64,000 nucleotides of DNA from Octopus bimaculoides (lineage: Eukaryota), in the NCBI RefSeq assembly GCF_001194135.2, contig NC_068983.1:53466280-53530279 (forward strand), given 5' to 3'. A model generated the notes under the pieces. It worked only from the letters and a program-made list of their open reading frames with translations. It did not search any database and had not been told where the DNA came from. The translations under genes were made by a program, and so were the position numbers. Positions 1 to 13,297 of this stretch are shown here, piece by piece. Positions within the stretch are counted from its first letter, which is position 1, and each line of letters opens with the position of its first letter.

Positions 1-412
1 TGTATTAAATGATTTTAAGATATCACTATATGGTTTGATTTCATTATTACATCTAATACAACTCAGTTGACAGTACAAACTAACTGGGCTTGACTCCACT
101 TATGCTGACACTCCAACAATGATTTGGAGTAGTTTACAAGATCTGGTTCTGTACAGCATAACACAATATATATAATTAGAGGATATGTTAACGTTGTAAA
201 GGGATGGTTGCATACAAGGAAATACTGGTTCAATACCTAGTATTTTGAGGGAATGAAATTCCCTTAAAACAGTAGGTATATATAAAGCATATAATTTATA
301 TTCATTTAAAAGAAGAAAAGAATATGGAGATAAAGTGGTTAATAATTGTTTATTATTAACAAATTGGCCATAATGAACTGATAAGCCCACCTATAACATC
401 CAAAGGTACATA

Positions 413-520
413 TTTTTGCCTCTGGTGAAATTATACTCATGTCACATAAATATAAATTTAATGCACAAATTTGTAATAAAATTATTGATAATTAATTGAA
501 ACAGCTGTAAGAAGCAAAGA
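413..520 (+). ncRNA. Decayed type I hammerhead-ribozyme-like motif, probably a Penelope-like element remnant
   Basis: CTGGTGA (422-428; consensus CTGATGA), stem II AATTA/TAATT (429-433/493-497), GAAA (498-501), palindromic stem III CAG/CTG, TA cleavage site (508-509), bulged stem I (413-421 with 510-520). Confidence 0.45.
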
Positions 521-2769
521 TGACCATTTTTTTAATAATAAACAATTATTAACTTCCTTATTTCCATCTTTTCTTTTCTTCTTATATATATATATCAGAG
601 GATAATTTTATAACTTCATTAAACCGAAAAGCAATTTCGTTAAACTGAAGAACAAAAATAAAAATAGGACTGCATTTGGAAGTGCTCAGGTGACACTGAG
701 GCGAAAAGAGAAATAAATTGAAAGATATAATGAGTAAACACTCCAATTGGTCGAAACAACTTTATATCATTCCCAAATGATCAAAAATCAAATATAAATA
801 TATATTAAAATAATAGGGTACCCAATGATAAAACCCAGTAGTATAAAATATACACGTATATATATATTAGGTGAACCATGTCACAGTCATAACCATGTCT
901 AGTACACTATTACATAACATAAAGACTCATTATGTGTAAGTGTGTGGAATAACACAAATTCTTATCCATGAGTCAAAGTTATCTTAGTCTAAACAGGAAG
1001 AGGAGCATTCTTCTAGCTAACTTTCTACACCATAGCCAACTGCCCTGAATGAAAGTTTTGGAATTTAAGTTCTCTTTTATCTGAGCACTGCTCCATGAAC
1101 ATGTTTGCTACGTTTGCTTTAGCATTCTCCAATACACTCTTCACACACACACATATATGTATGTGTATTGAAACACATTCAAAGAGAGTGTAATTTGATC
1201 ACCTTACCAAAGTATACTTTGTGAAGTATTGCTAAAATAATATTTTGTATGCACCTTCTAAGAAAGGGATTTTTATGTTTATGTAATAAAAATTGATCTT
1301 ACTACAAAACATTCCCAATATAGACCTTTTAAAAAATTTATAAGATATGGTTAAAAATGGGTTTTATACTGTTGCTGAAAGATTTTATCTACAGAGGATA
1401 TTTTAGTATTTCTATATATATGAAATACATTTTAACACATTTTTCCAGATTATCTCTCCTTTATGATCAACTTAAAGTATGTATGCTCCATAAAATTACA
1501 TTAGGAAAAAATCTTATTTGAAAGAATGTTTTCGAGATATATTTTTAAGAAGAAATACATTACGTGGTTGGGTTGTGTATTTAACTGGTTTGGTATGTTA
1601 CTAACAAGATAGTGGAACTATTAAGCTGTTGTAGATTGAAATGGAATAGGAATTCATGATACTGTGAAAGATCTTTGAAGCAGATGCAGTATTAGTTTAT
1701 GACAGGAGTTCAAGCAGTTAACTATGGATTAATAACTTGCTTAATGAAATAGCAAAAATCCAGATTCATTAACATTTAATCTAAGACTATTGATAATTAG
1801 ATTGATACTTGAAATCTTTACATCTTTCAATTCTTCATTTGATGTTTAAAAGTTGTTTTGTTTCTTTGCATTTTTTTCTCCCCATTTTGCATTATAGGAT
1901 GAAGCCATAAGCTCTTTTGTTCATTATTATGATTGTTAGAGTTTAGTGCTAATTGTAATATCTAAAAGAAGCCTAATTGCAATCAATCATCTTAAATTTT
2001 AGCTACACTTCACTATAACTCAGGATAAATAAATAAATATAAAAAAAAAGTTCAAATTTCAGCTATCAACTCTTACTGAATCTTTTTTGTTGGTTTTGTT
2101 TTTGTTTCTTTGTTCTGAATTCCATTATTTAACCTTTATAACTCACTATATTTCTTTTAAATAAAATGCTTAATTCACAATCTAAAATCCTTGGAAAAGC
2201 TAAAAGAAAATTTAAAACTTGGAACTAAAAGTATAGCGAGAACACAGTAAACATTAGATTTTATATTGTAACCATTCAAATGTGGCCTTGTTTTCAAGGT
2301 AAAAATATATTGTACTTGCATTATATAGTGCTTTGTAAGCGATATTATCTGTAAATATACATGAAATGTAGTTTATTCCTGACAGGTTGACAGAAAGCAT
2401 TTACTGCAACTGCTCTTAATGCTCTCTCTTAACTGTTAGAAGCTTCAAGTTATCTTCATAGACAAGTCACTAAATCAATACACCTGTAAAAGTAATAGAG
2501 AGTTTTTTCCCTCAGAACTATATTATCTTGGTTTTGAAGAGGAGAACATGAGAGATCATGTCTTTAATATCTAGAAAGCCTGTAATATAAAAATAGTGGA
2601 AACCTCTTGTGCATTCAGTTCGTTTCAAGCTTTTTTTTCCATAATGTATATCATTTATATAGTTTATTGCAATGTTATCTATATCGTTATCATCATTCAT
2701 TATTACATTCCTTTATGATTATCAGCTTCTGAATTAATTTTTCTTTGATTTTTTATCCATTGCCGTAAT

Positions 2770-2900
2770 TATATATAAAAGATAAGGAAGCAATTTTAGG
2801 ACTAATTTCTTACTGAACTGAGGAGAATTATTCACAAGTAGATATTCTTCTAGATGCCAATTAGCACATATTGAAATATAAATTTTAAAGATTCCTAGTG
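2770..2900 (-). mobile_element. Possible highly decayed Gypsy-type integrase remnant
   Basis: Minus-strand ORF contains ...ICANWHLEEYLLVNNSPQFS, resembling integrase F..HGLPExLVSDNGPQFTS. No other domain confirmed. Confidence 0.25.
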
Positions 2901-4101
2901 TAATGGGATAAGTATAAAGCATTTAGTATTCAATTTTAAATTGCAAAATAGATTTCTTGTAGATTGATATTAGCCAATGAAGATCTCCAATAATGGTCTG
3001 TTCAATCTATCACTTGAAGAATTGACAGGTTTCTGATGGATTTGCATAGTAACTAAGACAGACATTACCCAATGATGACCTTCAGTGATGTTCAATAGCT
3101 TGAAGGAACCAATGTTTTATATGAAAGTAGGTGGCTTCATGGTTGAAGATATATGTATTTTCTTATAGAGTGATTTAAATTTTGTTTGCAATTCTGTACT
3201 GGTTGTGGATAATGCAGTGCATCAAATAAGATTTCCTGGAAATTGAAGTGCTTCAAATAAGATTTCTTTCAATGCTATTGGATGTATATTTGTCTTGTGG
3301 TTCCTTTCTCTGCACTAGTTTCTCTCTGTACGTAATCATAGACTGGCATCCACTTGGTGAACTGCACTACTCAACCATAATCCTATTGTCAATCCTACCA
3401 TGGATATTACAGTGAAATATATGAAAGTGCATTTGTGTATGTGTGTGTATATTTTGTTTACTGTTAGATTATATATATATGTGAGTGTGTGTATGTGTTG
3501 CTGTTGTGTATGTGTGTGTATATATATATATGTTGTTTACTTCTCTCAGTAAGAAATATATCTTAAGATATATTTTATCATCAATTGTTCCAGTTATACA
3601 TTTTTATCTATGATATTTTTATTCTGAGTAAATAAAAATTATTGATCCTATCCTGGACAAATATTTACATATCATTCACAAGCTGAAGTCTATCAAGGTC
3701 ACTGGTGAAAAAAAAATTATTGATTTGAAATCTGAAATATATTTTTCTTTTTCCTATTAATATTGTTATTCTAAACGTTGGAAAGATTGTATACTTTTTG
3801 AAACCTACTTACAAACTTTTGTAACAATCGTGGGGATTAAATTAATAACTTAAGTAAACCTTAAATAGTCTCCTATTCATATTTGAGGTCCGAGTTAATG
3901 TTAGAAATTCACTTGATCAATATATCTCATTTAACTATCAAAATGAACTTTTATACAATTTTCAAATATCTTATTTCAATCTTAGGTTATTATAATATTT
4001 TGTTTTCATTAAATATTATTTTTATAAATGTACATTAGTGTCAAATTCTAGACATGTGTTGAGCTTTGTTTCCTAACAAAATATTGTGCACTTAATTCCA
4101 G

Positions 4102-4197
4102 ATATTTGCTGATTTGCGAAGAAATAAAATTCATATCATCATTGGAGATTTCTTTGACTATGCAGCTCGCTTAGTTATGTGTGAAGCATATCGACAG
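4102..4197 (+). CDS. VKR: Venus kinase receptor, internal exon A (VFT domain): IFADLRRNKIHIIIGDFFDYAARLVMCEAYRQ
   Basis: ttccag|ATA...CAG|gtattt, 96 nt, phase 0-0, open. Resembles the GABA-B/VKR VFT motif L(K/R)xxxxRIIxGxFxxxxARxVxCExY. Too short to appear in the ORF track. Confidence 0.88.
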
Positions 4198-5536
4198 GTA
4201 TTTGTTAAATTTTTGAATTTATTTCAAAATATTCCTAAGGTATATATTATCTCAATGCTATTCATAGATCACGTTACGTGTTTATAGAAGCTCTTTTTTA
4301 TTTAATCAATTGATGAATATATTTATTTAAAACTTAACTAACAACATTTATGAGCTTGACATCAAAGTGCAATTGACAAAGTTTAAGTATAAACAAGCAA
4401 GAAGAAAATATAAAATTCTGTTCTCTATGAATTTAATAAATTAGCTTTTTTTTTTATATATCAAATAAATCCTAGAAAAAGTTGGTGATAAATTTAGAAA
4501 CAATCTCTAATTTAAAGATAATAATCTTTTGTTGCTATTTAGACAGCAATAAATTCAGTTATATGCAGAACTTTTGTAGAATGTAATAAATTGAATTTGG
4601 ATAATCTGTTTCAGCTATTTGTGTTCTTTTGAGAACCATTGTTTCTTGAGATGAGTTTGTAGGCATTATATTATGAGTAGCTTATAGAATAAAGTACACG
4701 AATGACTATATGTTTGTGATAAAATTTTAATTAAAATTATCGATATTCTACATTTTGTGACTATGGTTAGTCCCTTTTGTTCTAAAATTTAACATATTCT
4801 TCCCAATAACTAGACAATTTAACTCAAAAGCTGTGAAGTTCTTTTATTCTCTGACCCAGAGAACAATGCTTTTAATGTTATATTTGCATTAATGGGCATT
4901 TTAACTTATGCATCTCATAAATATTCCTTCTTGTCAAAGGTATTGATGTATATATGTTTTGAGTTTGTTTAATAATGTCATCTTTACAATATTTTGTGTA
5001 GACTGCATTGTGTATATAATAATCCATTTTTTGGTATCATGTCACTTAGATAAGCAATGCCATGCTGGCATTTTTCGTTTGCTACTGCATGTGTTACCTC
5101 CATTCTAATTTCACAAAACTACTTCACACGATATGTTAGTCTAGAAATATCTCTATATTACCTGTTAAAAGAATAAACTAACAAACAATTTTCACTTCTT
5201 GTATTCAAACGATAACATAATTGTTCTTCTAACATGAAAACGTTTTTTTGTGCTTGTTGTTTACTGAACCTAGGTTACTGAATATGGATTAGAATTTAAA
5301 ATACAAGTGAATTGTTGAGAGAACTGGGTCTTGAATGTATTACTCAGTTTATTCATAAGATAATATTGATGGCATAGAAACATAAGGCTTATGAAAGTGA
5401 ATATTGGCATGCTAAGTAATTTCTAAGGTGGAAATAGGATTTTTTTAAATGCTAATAAGGAGATTTTTTTAAAAATCCAATTTGAAGCTGTGAGACCCAA
5501 AGTATGAAATAAAAGCGATAAAACAAAGCATATATA

Positions 5537-5940
5537 GGCGCAGGAGTGGCTGTGTGGTAAGTAGCTTGCTTATCAACCACATGGTTCCGAGTTCAGTCAC
5601 ACAGCGTGGCACCTTGGGCAAGTGTCTTCTGCTATAGCCTCCAGCCGACCAAAGCCTTGTGAGTGGATTTGGTAGACGGAAACTGAAAGAAGCCTGTCGT
5701 ATATATGTATATATATATGTGTGTTTGTATGTCTGTGTTTGTCCCCCTCCCCCCGCAACATCACTTGACAACCGATGCTGGTGTGTTTACGTCCCCATAA
5801 CTTAGTGGTTCGGCAAAAGAGACTGATAGAATAAGTACTAGATTTCCAAAGAATAAGTCCTGGGGTCGATTTGCTCGACTAAAGGCGGTGCTCCAGCATG
5901 GCTGCAGTCAAATGACTGAAACAAGTAAAAGAGTAAAGAG
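5537..5940 (+). mobile_element. tRNA-derived SINE, family A (near full length)
   Basis: tRNA-like head (GGCTGTGTGGTAAG...GGTTCCGAGTTCAGTC), body, internal (TA/TG)n and tail ...GCGGTGCTCCAGCATGGC.GCAGTCAAATGACTGAAACAAGTAAAAGAG. Many homologous copies in the window. Confidence 0.85.
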
Positions 5941-6148
5941 AGAGTATATAATGATGCATTGTAAATGTATCCCAGTCCATGCTGGTGTATAGGGACAGAT
6001 GTTGAAATGGTGTGTTACTAAAATTGGTACAATTGTATTCAGTTCATACATAAAAAGAAACCTTGTTATTAATTTATCTGTTTGTTGCTTTCATTTCTTA
6101 CTCTCTAGATGTGAAGCCAAGTTCTTATGAAATCATGTTACTTTTCAG

Positions 6149-6421
6149 AGGATGACATCATACGAAGGCTATGCCTGGTTTCTACCAGCTTGGCTTTCAG
6201 AAGACTGGTGGGATGTCGACTACTACAATAGTCCACCAGGACGGGATGACACTCGGCCACAGGAAGCAGTGCCTTGCTCAACAGAAGAAATGGAAGAAGC
6301 CGTCGAAGGTTACTTCATTTTGTCCAAGAGCTTTTATAATGATAATGGAAAGAAAAGCGTTGCAGGAGATATCACTGTGAATAAATTTAGATCAATATAT
6401 GCTGTCAAAGCTGGAAAAGCA
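6149..6421 (+). CDS. VKR: Venus kinase receptor, internal exon B (VFT domain): RMTSYEGYAWFLPAWLSEDWWDVDYY...VPCSTEEMEEAVEGYFILS...AVKAGKA
   Basis: ttttcag|AGG...GCA|gtaagc, 273 nt, phase 0-0; overlaps ORF 6152-6484. The YxWFxxxWxxxxWW...C(S/T)xxEMxxAxEG pattern is typical of GABA-B-type VFT modules. Confidence 0.92.
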
Positions 6422-8507
6422 GTAAGCAACAATCTTTTTTCACTTTTAATTCTTAATTTGAAAATTACACAACCTATTTTATAAATACTGTTTACATTTT
6501 AGTCTCTTTTCTTTGTTACTTTTAAAGCTGTCATGATGAATACTTAATGTGAATAGATCATAGATTACAGCTAATACAATGTCTTAAAATTTAGGAATCA
6601 GCTTATTTTTATTGATTATTTCTGGTTGTTAATTTTTTTGTTTTTATTATTGATTAGAAAACAAATTAACTGTGAATAGAATTCTCATTTTCTCAATGTG
6701 TGTGAATGTGTGTGTGTGCGTGTGTACCCTTGGTAATATAAGTGAGGAAACTAAGTAAGAACAAGACAATTATAGTTGATGCTCTACCTATGCCGTATTG
6801 ATAATTGAGGACAAAGAAAGCTGGAACGATCATTTTGCTATTAGGGAAACATTTGAAGTATGCTGATGATGAATAATGAAACATCATCTGGGTTTACTTT
6901 ATAATATATCATTAATTTACATAGTAGGGTGCTCTACATTCTCAATGGAAATATTTTATTTTTAGAATGTAATTATAGTTGGTACTATGTGTTCTGTTCT
7001 TACCTAAACTACACTAGAAAATAATTAGGTAAACAAGACGAAATTCTAACAAACAATCTTAGGGTTAACCTTACTGAATGTGGATCAGGTTTTGGCATAC
7101 ATATTACGGTTCATTATTATTTATATTTGTTTTGAAATCTCTCTTTTATTCCACTTCTCTCTAGTGCCTTATTCACCTCCTTTATTCTTTCATACTTTCT
7201 TTATCTTGCTGTCATTCAAAATATTCTGTAAACTAATTAAACATTTAAAAAGAAAATTCACAATTTCATCTGTTTACAATAATTACAGTTCTGTTTATAA
7301 TATTTAAAAGAAAACTTAAGGATTGATGCAGTAGCTTTTTCTGTGTTATTAGGATACTACAGTTTTATCTCACAAAGGGAAATCTCAGCTGCAATCATCG
7401 ATTAAACTTATCAATATTTCAAAGACTAATGCTCTACTTTTGGGACTACATTGTTGCTTTGTGTGATTTTTCATAAAAGCCCTATTACTTCTCAGATTGA
7501 ATTATATCAGTGCTTTTTTTCTCTATGTTGAATCTAAATTTAATTAGTAAACTACAAACCTCTTTCTTTTGAATAAAGCAAGACTTTGTTTCAAAGCTTA
7601 AGAAAACAGAAAACTATAAGTTGTATGTGTGTGTGTATGCATGTATGTGTGCATATGTGCATGTGTGTGTGTTTCCATACATGCCTGTGTATGTGGATGG
7701 GATTTTTCATGTAGAAGTGAAATGACTGAGATAGCAGTATATTGTGTAACCAGATCACCAATTTTAAGTTCATATCCACTTCAAGTATTGTGCCTCTTGG
7801 CAGTTATTTATTATACATGATCAAATAACAGGTTCCTTATTTTCCCTAGGTATTCTGGAAATATTTCCTGTGATGGTATAACATTATTATCCATTTCAGA
7901 TATTATCTCATTTATTTAATATTACTGAAAGCAAAATTAAACGTTCGTTTTATTAAATCCTACAGTTCACAGAAACTTTTATGATTATCCATTTACGTAC
8001 ATACATTGCCGCTTAAAATCTTACTTGAAGTTTAACTAAAACTAAACCTCAGTTATAACATTTAGACTTCATATAAATTCATTTTCTTCAAAGCTCCAAT
8101 TCCTCAACATCCTAGTTCAACTTTCATATTTCTCTCAAATTCTAAACATCTAATATTTTATTATTAATTATAGTTTTAAACATTTGCTTTATGTTAGTTT
8201 ATATTTTTACTAGTAAAAATCCTTTACCTTTAATACGAATCATTTTTGCTTTCCCCTATGACACTTCTACACATACATACAAAGAACACATCTATATTTA
8301 TGCATTGTATATCATAATGCCTATATTAATGTTTCACCAAATTCATCAACATCAGTTTATTTTCCTCATAACAAGTTATATTGTGCACATTATTATGATA
8401 GTTAAAACATTATTTGATTTTTCTTATGTTTCTGTTTAGTTTAAGTTCACTTTTAACTCTCTGTAGTCTTTGAGTATGAATTGCAAAAGAGTTGTTTGTT
8501 AATTGTT

Positions 8508-8556
<49 letters not shown>

Positions 8557-8664
8557 GTGTGTGTGTGTGCATACATATATATGTATATACACGCACATAT
8601 TCAATTTTTCAATGAAAGACATAGATTATTTAAGGAACATTTGATATTGAGCACTTTAATTTTA

Positions 8665-9030
8665 TCTTTCACTTATTTCAGTCATTAGATTGTGGCCATG
8701 CTGGGGCACTGCCTTGAAGAATTTTAGCTGAATGAATTGACCCTAGGACTTATTTTTTAAAGCCTGGTACTTTTTCTATCAGTATCTTTTGCTGAACCAC
8801 TGAGTTACAGGGAGATAAACACATCAATAATAGTTGTCAAGCAGTAGTGAGGTATAAACACGGACACACATATGAGGGACTTCTTTTAGTTTCCATCTGC
8901 CAAATCCACTCAAGGCTTTGGTCGACACAAAGCTATAGTAGAAGACACTTACCCAAGGTGCCACAGTGGGACTGAACTTGGACAATGTGGTTGGGAATAA
9001 AATTTACCACACAACCACACCTGCACCTAT
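8665..9030 (-). mobile_element. SINE family A copy
   Basis: Reverse-complement similarity to 5537-5940 along head, body and tail. Confidence 0.8.
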
Positions 9031-9744
9031 GATTAGACAGATTTCACAGCCTTAATTTATAGTCGATATCTTATAGTTTTCTAATAGTTAACCATATTAT
9101 TATTGTATCTATATTCTCAAATCATTACTCTATTCCTATAACCTCTAGCACTCCATATACTTCAGCTTTCTTTTATTTTCCTATACTGTGTCTTATTTAC
9201 CTGGCCAGTTATAATCTGAATGATTTTAACCCACATTAAGACAATATTCAGCTAAAACAGTATAACATACAGAAAGTATAATCTTATGGGTATCTGAATA
9301 ATTACATGTCAGTTATGTTCATACTGTTACATCTGTAGCTATATTCACAAACTAAAATCTCAATGTCGATAATTATATGTTTTGCTGATTATCATTATGT
9401 GCAACTGACTACTTTTGTGGTAATGTTAGTAATTATAATAATGTTGATTATTAATATACTGAATTTTTTTTTTAACAACTATAATATTTCTCCAGTGGAC
9501 ACAAAATAACACATTTGTAAGAAAGTATAGTCAATTAGTATTTTACAACATATTTTAACAACTCTAAGCATGTTGAAGACAAGTCAAACTTTGAGGAGAT
9601 TTAAAGCTAGAACATAGAAATATAAAACAATCTACTGAAATTATATACTTTGGTGTTCTAGTGTTTCTCTCACCACTCTACTCACACACACGTGCACACA
9701 CACACACACACATACATACACATATGTGTGTGTGTAATGTACAT

Positions 9745-10163
9745 AGGCACAGACAAAGCTATGTGGTAAGAATCTTCCTTCCCAAGCACATGGTTGTGGA
9801 TTCAGTTCCACTGTGTGACATCTTGAGTAAGTGTCTTTAACTGTAGCCTCAGGCCAACCAAAGCCTTATGAGTGGATTTCGTAGATGGAAACTGAGAGAA
9901 GCCCATCGTATATATATGTGCATGTGTGTTTTTGTGTGTGCTTGTCCTACTAACATCACGTGTTGACAACATGTGTTGGTTCGTTTATGTCACCATAACT
10001 TAGCAGTTTGACAAAAGAAGTTGATAGAATAAAATACCAGGCTGAAAAAATAAAAATGAGTACTTGGGTTGAATCATTTAACTAAAAAATCCTTCAAGGT
10101 GATGTTCCAGCTTGGCCACAGTTCAATGACTGAAACAAGTAAAAGATAGCAGAAAGATAAAAG
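9745..10163 (+). mobile_element. SINE family A copy
   Basis: Colinear similarity to 5537-5940. Confidence 0.8.
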
Positions 10164-10412
10164 GTATATTAAGTAGTAGGGATCTAAATGACCCTGGTAT
10201 ATTTAGCTAACAAGGTATACAAGAAGTACACTTAAATGATTACAGTCAATGATAACCATTGTCTAGTGATATTAAGCATCCTGTAAATCAATGTATATAA
10301 CAACAAAATTGCATGTATTACATGGTGTTTAATATAGCAAAGGAAGAAAATGGACTGCTGATATTTTTGTTGCACATGTTTCCATAACGTGGTCATTTAT
10401 TCATAAATGGAT

Positions 10413-10827
10413 ACTCTCTCTTTTACTCTTTTACTTGTTTCAGTCATTTGACTGCGGCCATGCTGGAGCACCACCTTTAGTCGAGCAAATCGACCCCAGG
10501 ACTTATTCTTTGGAAGCCTAGTACTTATTCTATCGGTCTCTTTTGCCGAACCACTAGGTTACGGGGACGTAAACACACCAGCATCAGTTGTCAAGCAATG
10601 TTGGGGGGACAAACACAGACACACAAACATATACACACACACACATATGTATATACATATATACGACAGGCTTCTTTCAGTTTCCGTCTACCAAATCCAC
10701 TCACAAGGCTTTGGTCAGCCCGAAGCTATAGTAGAAGACACTTGTCCAAGGTGCCACGCAGTGGGAATGAACCCAGAACCATATGGTTGGTAAGCAAGCT
10801 ACTTACCACTCAACCACTCCTGAGCCT
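10413..10827 (-). mobile_element. SINE family A copy (well preserved)
   Basis: High reverse-complement identity to 5537-5940; source of spurious ORF 10598-10837. Confidence 0.85.
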
Positions 10828-11400
10828 ACCTACATAACTTTACTACATAACTTTAAAGTTTTTCATAACCACACCATTTCATCAGGCAATATTGAGTTTT
10901 ACTACCCAAGGCTAAACATTTTTGAGGAAGGGGTATAGTTAATTAAATCAATCCTGCCATACAACTGGTTGTATTTTATTACTCATAAAAGGTGAAGATG
11001 CAAAACAGATTTCTGCAGGATATCATCAAGGGTCATAAAAGAACAGTAACTGAGTGTTGTAAATTATTTAGTCTAGTATCATTTCTGCTACTTCAAAACC
11101 CTTTTAATTAAGCAGTTTTTCAGCTAACCTGTTCATTACCACGTATTTCTCGAAATACATTGCCTTTGCTTCAATTAATTCTGTAAATGATGAAAACTTT
11201 AATAAAATTACTTTGTCACTGTGAAACTGATGGTCAGAGACTTCCATGTAAGTTTAAAATTTACATTGTTTTAGAGGAAGTTAAGTGGTCTTGCGAAGGA
11301 TACAAAGCAAATTTTTCATAGACCTGAACTTAAATAAACTAGATGGCTCTTGAACCTTAGTGCCAGAATAATAAAACAATGTTATTTATTATTTATCATA

Positions 11401-11765
11401 AGGTGCAGGCATGGCCTTGTGGTAAGAAGCTTGCTTCCCAACCACATGGTTCCTGGTTTAGTTCCACTGCATGGCACCTTGGGTAAGTGTCTTCTACTAT
11501 AGCCTCGGGCCAACCAAAGTTTTGTGAGTGGTTTTGGTTGATGGAAACTGGAAGAAGCCTATCATATATATATATATTTGTTTGTCCCACCACCATCACT
11601 TAACAACTGATGCTGGTGTGAACTAAGTGGTTCAGCAAAAGAGACTGATAGAATAAGTACTAGGCTTACAAAGATTAAATCCTGGGGTCAACTTGTTCGA
11701 CTAAAGGTGGTGCTCCAGCATGGTCACAGTCGAATAACTGAAACAAATACAAGAATAAAAGAATA
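11401..11765 (+). mobile_element. SINE family A copy
   Basis: Colinear similarity to 5537-5940. Confidence 0.82.
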
Positions 11766-12563
11766 GTTTTATATCTGATGTCATACGTCTTTCTCTTTTG
11801 ATGAGATGTAGTTGAAATGGAGTGACTAGTACCATAAATATACTTACTATCTTTCAATGCTCTTTCTAAGGCCAAGGTTCTTTAAACCTTCATTCCATTT
11901 TACCTGAACTCACTAACAATTGAACTCTTTGCAATAATACAATACGCTCTGGAGATTGTTTTCATAGCCATTTATTTATTCATATATTTGTTTTACTTCA
12001 ATTTATGATTATAAAAAAAAAACCATCAAAACAAACACAATTGGCTTGCAGTTTTGAAGTTGTAAATGTCAGCAATATGGTGGCTGACAGATTTCCTTTA
12101 ATATGGCAGAACAAAAAAAGTTAAAAATGTAAATTGTAACATTATAGGTTATTTAAATTTCAGATAACTATTGTAAACATATAATAATTATTGTAATATC
12201 ATCAAATTGTTTCTTATGTCATGTGCTATGCCTTATTTATTGATTTCAATAGTTTTTTTCATTAAATTGCCTCTGAGAAATTTGATCATTCTCATCTAAT
12301 AGCTTGCAAGTAAGAAATACATTATATCAAAATTACAAAGAGATTTCGTGGAATATTCCTTTCATTTTATAATTTCTTTTTTATATTTTTTATTTATATA
12401 TTTCTTTTGCTTCATACATTTTTAAGTTTCCTTCAGCATTTTGTAATTTTTGCTGAAAGTTTTTTTTCAAGCCATTTTCTGACAGCCGGAATCTGCTTAG
12501 ACAGCAGCAAACCTTAACTGCAGTTACTCATAAATATAGACAGATGTACTAAGGAATTGCTAG

Positions 12564-12799
12564 CTTGTTTCGGTCATTGAACTGTGGCCATGCTGCATGG
12601 CGATAGTGTAACTGAAACAAGTAAAATATAAAAGAATTTCTAGTTGTGCAAATGAACTCCAGTACTTACTTTTTTAGACGCTTGGTATTTATTCTATCAG
12701 TTTATTTTGCCAAATCACTAAGTTACAAGGACATAAACACATCAGCACTCGTTGTCAAGCAATGGTAGGTAACAAACACAGACACAATGACACACACAC

Positions 12800-12839
<40 letters not shown>

Positions 12840-13257
12840 CAATTAGAAAATGGAGGATAATATGTTGAACCCAACTACTTGCAAACGGTGTATCCCATTG
12901 AATTCATTAATTTAATTCATAACAAAAGTGACAAAAAAAGAAAGAAAAAGAAAGAAAGAACCAAAGCACAGGTGTCTATGGCAGACTATGTTATTTTGCC
13001 AACCTGGTTTACATATAGAAGTACAAAGTACATAAGGAATTAGATGATGAACAGAAGTTTAATCTTACAGCTGTTTCGGCCTAGTTTTAGCAAGCCCCAT
13101 TCTATCCGAATATTCCTTTCCGGAGTGATTATCGGATGACATTTTGAAATGGGGTTACATGCCCGAACCGCTAGGCGACAATTGGATACCCTCCCAACAG
13201 TATACTGGATAGATACTATCCCTTAGTGGGTTGAACCCCCAACCCCTAACTCTCACG

Positions 13258-13297
<40 letters not shown>

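Noticed and set aside
1-4101. Upstream VKR exons
   Set aside because: No open, AG/GT-bounded segment with VFT similarity was found; earlier exons probably lie before the window.
5537-5610. tRNA genes at SINE heads
   Set aside because: A/B-box-like motifs lack a full cloverleaf and continue into SINE bodies; these are tRNA-derived heads, not tRNA genes.
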